Assembly: GCA_033764955.1 (NCBI GenBank)
Contig: JANRIL010000025.1
Location: 1-52,382 of the forward strand
Direction of reading: 5' to 3'
DNA from: Cyanobacteriota bacterium
GTDB taxonomy: Bacteria; Cyanobacteriota; Cyanobacteriia; Thermostichales; Thermostichaceae
Length of the DNA stretch: 52,382 nucleotides
A program made the position numbers and the translations under genes. The stretch's first letter is position 1. Every line of letters starts with the position of its first letter. The notes beneath the pieces are model-generated. The model saw only the letters and a list, made by a program, of their open reading frames with translations, made no database searches and was not told the DNA's origin. This document shows positions 49,494 through 52,382 of the stretch, piece by piece.

Positions 49494-49596
49494 GCTAGTC
49501 TAACAACCACAGCCCAACAGTTGGTGGGCACAGTATAGAGGTTATCGGTGAAAGGTTGAGGGTATTTTCAGCCGCACAACTTCACCGTTGACTAGC
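49494..49596 (+). other. attC-like integron cassette recombination site (degenerate)
   Basis: Starts at the toxin stop: GCTAGTC-TAAC ... GTT-GACTAGC inverted ends; RYYYAAC boxes GTCTAAC (49498) and GCCCAAC (49512); inner AGTTGGTGGG vs CCGCACAACT with an extra G; GTTGACT at 49587 is a near match to GTTRRRY. Confidence 0.5.
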
Positions 49597-49626
49597 TCGT
49601 GTTGATCTTTAGCAAAGCAAAAGAAG

Positions 49627-49704
49627 GGATCCCCCTAAATCCCCCTTAAAAAGGAGAACTTTGACGTTGGATCCCCCCTTTTTAAGGGGGGCTAGGGGGG
49701 ATCC
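49627..49704. repeat. Palindromic small dispersed repeat (cyanobacterial CCCCCTTAAAAAGG type)
   Basis: 28-nt arms GGATCCCCCTAAATCCCCCTTAAAAAGG and CCTTTTTAAGGGGGGCTAGGGGGGATCC form an imperfect inverted repeat. Confidence 0.75.
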
Positions 49705-49764
49705 GAGCCTATGACAGGTAAACCCAGGCTGTATTTTCTGGTTGAAGTAAAAGATCAACAGAAC

Positions 49765-50448
49765 CTAGTTGGCGACTTTGACCGTTGTTAGCGTAATCGC
49801 TCCACCCAAGCAGCGATCCACATCCGCATCGGGATCCCGTTTGCGTTGGGCATAGCGTCCGATATAGTGAAACTGATTGCCTTCTACCCGATAGGCTACC
49901 GGTAACGGTTGGGTGCAGAGGGGAACGATCACCCGTGGGGGATCCCCTGAGTCTAGGTGGGGCAGATTGACATTCCAAAAGCTACCCGGCTGGGGATGCA
50001 ACCACAAATCCTGGAGAATTTCACCTGTCCATCTGGCCGCCTGTTGCCAATCAAAGGGCTGGGATCCCTGGCGATAATGGGAAATCGCAATGGCAGGAAT
50101 ACGGTGCAACGCCGCCTCCCGCACGGCTCCTACCGTACCCGACAAATACAGATCGGATCCCAAATTACCTCCGGCATTGATCCCCGCCAAAACCCACTCA
50201 ATCTGGGATCCCCATTCATGGATCCCTAGCCGCACACAATCCACAGGCGTACCATCCACTGCCCACTGTTCCCCCCGCTGTTCTAACTGCAAGGGTCGCT
50301 CCACAGTCACCCGATGTCCACAACCGGAGTGCTGTTCTTGGGGAGCAATCACCAAACTTTGCCCTGGATAAAGCCTATCGATCACCTGAACGAGCGTTTG
50401 CAGACCTGGGGCATCAATACCGTCATCATTGGTGATCAAAATAGCCAT
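49765..50448 (-). CDS. surE: 5'/3'-nucleotidase SurE
   Basis: ILITNDDGIDAPG, IAPQEQHSGCGH, VDGTPVDCV, AGINAGGNLG, SGTVGAVREA, WNVNLP. Confidence 0.94.
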   Translation of the reverse strand: MAILITNDDGIDAPGLQTLVQVIDRLYPGQSLVIAPQEQHSGCGHRVTVERPLQLEQRGEQWAVDGTPVDCVRLGIHEWGSQIEWVLAGINAGGNLGSDLYLSGTVGAVREAALHRIPAIAISHYRQGSQPFDWQQAARWTGEILQDLWLHPQPGSFWNVNLPHLDSGDPPRVIVPLCTQPLPVAYRVEGNQFHYIGRYAQRKRDPDADVDRCLGGAITLTTVKVAN

Positions 50449-50604
50449 AGGACTTGGGGGTGAGGGCTACCTTAAAATCTCATCTGAAATGGCACCGCTA
50501 AATCTTAAGAGTTTGCGGGGATCCATCCGGCCTGTTGCGCCAGCGGTAGTCTAATGAAACCTTAATGCGAGCACCGCTTAATTTCTACAGCAAAGGACAC
50601 AACT

Positions 50605-51627
50605 ATGACAGTACGGGTAGCCATTAACGGATTTGGTCGGATTGGTCGTGGCCTCTTACGCACCTATCTGCAAAAACCCGCTCCCTTTGAGATTGTGGCG
50701 GTGAATGATCTCACCGATCCGGCTAATTTGGCCTATCTGTTGGAATTTGACTCCGCCTATGGCCCCTTACCCACTCCTGTCACTGCCGCAGATAACCACC
50801 TGCGGATCGAAGGGAGCAACCTTCCTCCCCTCCAAGTCTTAGCGGAAAAGGATCCGGCAAAGTTGCCTTGGCGGGATTTGGGGGTTGATATCGTTATCGA
50901 ATCCACAGGATTTTTTACTCAACGGGAGGGAGCCGCCAAGCATCTGGAGGCTGGGGCACGCAAGGTGATTATTTCCGCCCCCGCCAAGAAGCCCGATCTC
51001 ACGGTCGTGCTGGGGGTAAACGATCAAGATTATGATCCCAGTCAGCACCACATCGTTTCTAACGCCTCTTGCACCACCAACTGTCTAGCTCCCGTCGCCA
51101 AGGTTTTGTTGGATACCTTTGGTCTAGAAACTGGATTTCTCACCACCTGCCATGCCTTCACGGCCACTCAGGGTCTCGTCGATAAACCGGATCCCAAAGA
51201 TTTTCGGCGGGGACGGGCTGCCTCCGTATCGATTGTCCCCTCCAGTACAGGAGCAGCGACAGCGGTGGCGGAAGTATTACCCAGTCTCAAGGGCAAGCTG
51301 GATGGGTTAGCCCTGCGCGTTCCCACCATTACCGGATCAATTGTCGATTTTGTGGTTCGCACCGAGCGTCCGGTCAGTATCGATGCCATCAACAATGCTT
51401 TTGCTGAGGCTGCCACGGGATCCATGCAAGGGATCCTCGCCATTGCCAAACCCCAGATGGTTTCCGCCGACATTGTGGGCAGCACCTTCTCGTCGATTGT
51501 CGATACCCAGTCCACGATGGTCTTGGGATCCCATACTGCCAAAGTTTTATCGTGGTATGACAACGAATTTGGCTACGCCAGCCGCATCAAAGATCTAACC
51601 ACTCTGATAGCCAGCCATCTGGGCTGA
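50605..51627 (+). CDS. gap: Type I glyceraldehyde-3-phosphate dehydrogenase
   Basis: AINGFGRIGR, AVNDL, ESTGFF, VIISAP, SNASCTTNCLAP, PSSTGAA, LRVPT, WYDNEFGYA. Confidence 0.96.
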   Translation: MTVRVAINGFGRIGRGLLRTYLQKPAPFEIVAVNDLTDPANLAYLLEFDSAYGPLPTPVTAADNHLRIEGSNLPPLQVLAEKDPAKLPWRDLGVDIVIESTGFFTQREGAAKHLEAGARKVIISAPAKKPDLTVVLGVNDQDYDPSQHHIVSNASCTTNCLAPVAKVLLDTFGLETGFLTTCHAFTATQGLVDKPDPKDFRRGRAASVSIVPSSTGAATAVAEVLPSLKGKLDGLALRVPTITGSIVDFVVRTERPVSIDAINNAFAEAATGSMQGILAIAKPQMVSADIVGSTFSSIVDTQSTMVLGSHTAKVLSWYDNEFGYASRIKDLTTLIASHLG

Positions 51628-51646
51628 CACTCAATCAGGCGAAACA

Positions 51647-51740
51647 TATAGTCATTCCAAATAAGAATGCGACCATCTAAATCTTGATATCCAGGCTTTG
51701 AGAGATTATGGGTTTCTCAAACTAAATTGGAACGACCATA
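51647..51740. mobile_element. MITE-like element (94 bp) with 14-bp terminal inverted repeats
   Basis: Left end TATAGTCATTCCAA; right end TTGGAACGACCATA (reverse complement TATGGTCGTTCCAA, 12/14 match); TA at both termini; no ORF. Confidence 0.6.
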
Positions 51741-51776
51741 AAGAAGTGGCTGAAGCTATTCTCCAGCCACTTCTTT
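51740..51776. terminator. Hairpin terminator between gap and the convergent gene
   Basis: AAAGAAGTGGCTG-(11 nt)-CAGCCACTTCTTT, a perfect 13-bp stem. Confidence 0.75.
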
Positions 51777-51820
51777 GAGGTTATGGATTAAGATGACCAG
51801 CTAACTTCCAGTAAGGAATT

Positions 51821-52382
51821 TTAGAAAGTTAAAACTGCTGATCCTGCACATTGACTGGGAGTAGTGATGGTAATTGTGTCCTCTACACCTGCAACAGCAC
51901 CTGGAATTTGTGGGGAAAGGCGAGCTTCGCCAGTCGCATCAATCGTTCCACTCACATTTTCCTGAAAGCCATCAGTTCCAGAAACGGATCCTGAAACCGT
52001 ATCTCCTGTTGTAAAGGGTTGAGGGACTTGGACAACAACAGTGTAGTCCTCACCAGGATCCGGATCGGCCGGATCGGCGGTAATCAAACAATTACCTACA
52101 ACAATTCCGCCTGTTGGCGTTGGGAAGGGTGGAACGGTTGGGGTGCCAATAGAGCTAGAAACCTCAGAGAAGACAAAGTAAAGCCGCTCCTCCTCTCCCT
52201 CCGAATCAGTTGCCACAATCTGGAACGTGTAAGTTCCAATCCTTGGCTCTGGAACATCATTGGTGACATCCAAGTCAGGATTGTAAACAATCACCACTGG
52301 CGCAGGACCTGGGTCTACAGTTGCTGTTTCGGATAACGGCTGCACCACAGGATCCCCAGGCAAGAGAATCTCTGGTGCTCCT
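51821..52382 (-). CDS. C-terminal part of a probable secreted/surface protein with Ig-like beta domains (5' end outside the window)
   Basis: The frame is open to the window edge (..GAPEILLPGDP..); GTYTFQIVATDSEG, Pro/Thr linker, ADPADPDPGEDYTVVV..VSGTDGF..IPGAVAGVEDTITIT; acidic, nearly Lys-free. Confidence 0.7.
   Translation of the reverse strand, partial: GAPEILLPGDPVVQPLSETATVDPGPAPVVIVYNPDLDVTNDVPEPRIGTYTFQIVATDSEGEEERLYFVFSEVSSSIGTPTVPPFPTPTGGIVVGNCLITADPADPDPGEDYTVVVQVPQPFTTGDTVSGSVSGTDGFQENVSGTIDATGEARLSPQIPGAVAGVEDTITITTPSQCAGSAVLTF

Overview
A 52 kb stretch of cyanobacterial chromosome, shown by psaD, a CpcD-domain protein, and cyanobacterial-type smc, ftsZ and purF. The palindrome GGGATCCC is very frequent and canonical HIP1 (GCGATCGC) is almost absent, which points to the Thermostichus / hot-spring 'Synechococcus' lineage (inference). 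Most genes are housekeeping: rapZ-yvcK, trmD, priA, aroA, purU, purF, smc, phosphoketolase, ahcY, psaD, 2-Cys peroxiredoxin, ftsZ, ddl, surE and GAPDH. The accessory modules are: (i) an HTH-NB-ARC-14xWD40 STAND gene facing two small unknown genes across a promoter with 11-bp-phased direct repeats; (ii) a four-gene hpsA-D-like minor-pilin operon whose 2.2k-aa HpsA-like protein carries a PA14-like insert, DxDxDG loops and a long polyproline repeat containing a C9 tract; (iii) an Rpn/DUF2887 gene with a probable internal antitoxin start; (iv) a decayed toxin-antitoxin cassette followed by an attC-like site; (v) a TetR/Coq4-like divergent pair; (vi) a ureohydrolase-fold protein that lacks its metal ligands; and (vii) small mobile-element remnants (a possible tnpB/omegaRNA end, a MITE and a palindromic dispersed repeat). 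I found no tRNA, rRNA or CRISPR array. All calls come from reading motifs by eye; no database searches were run.
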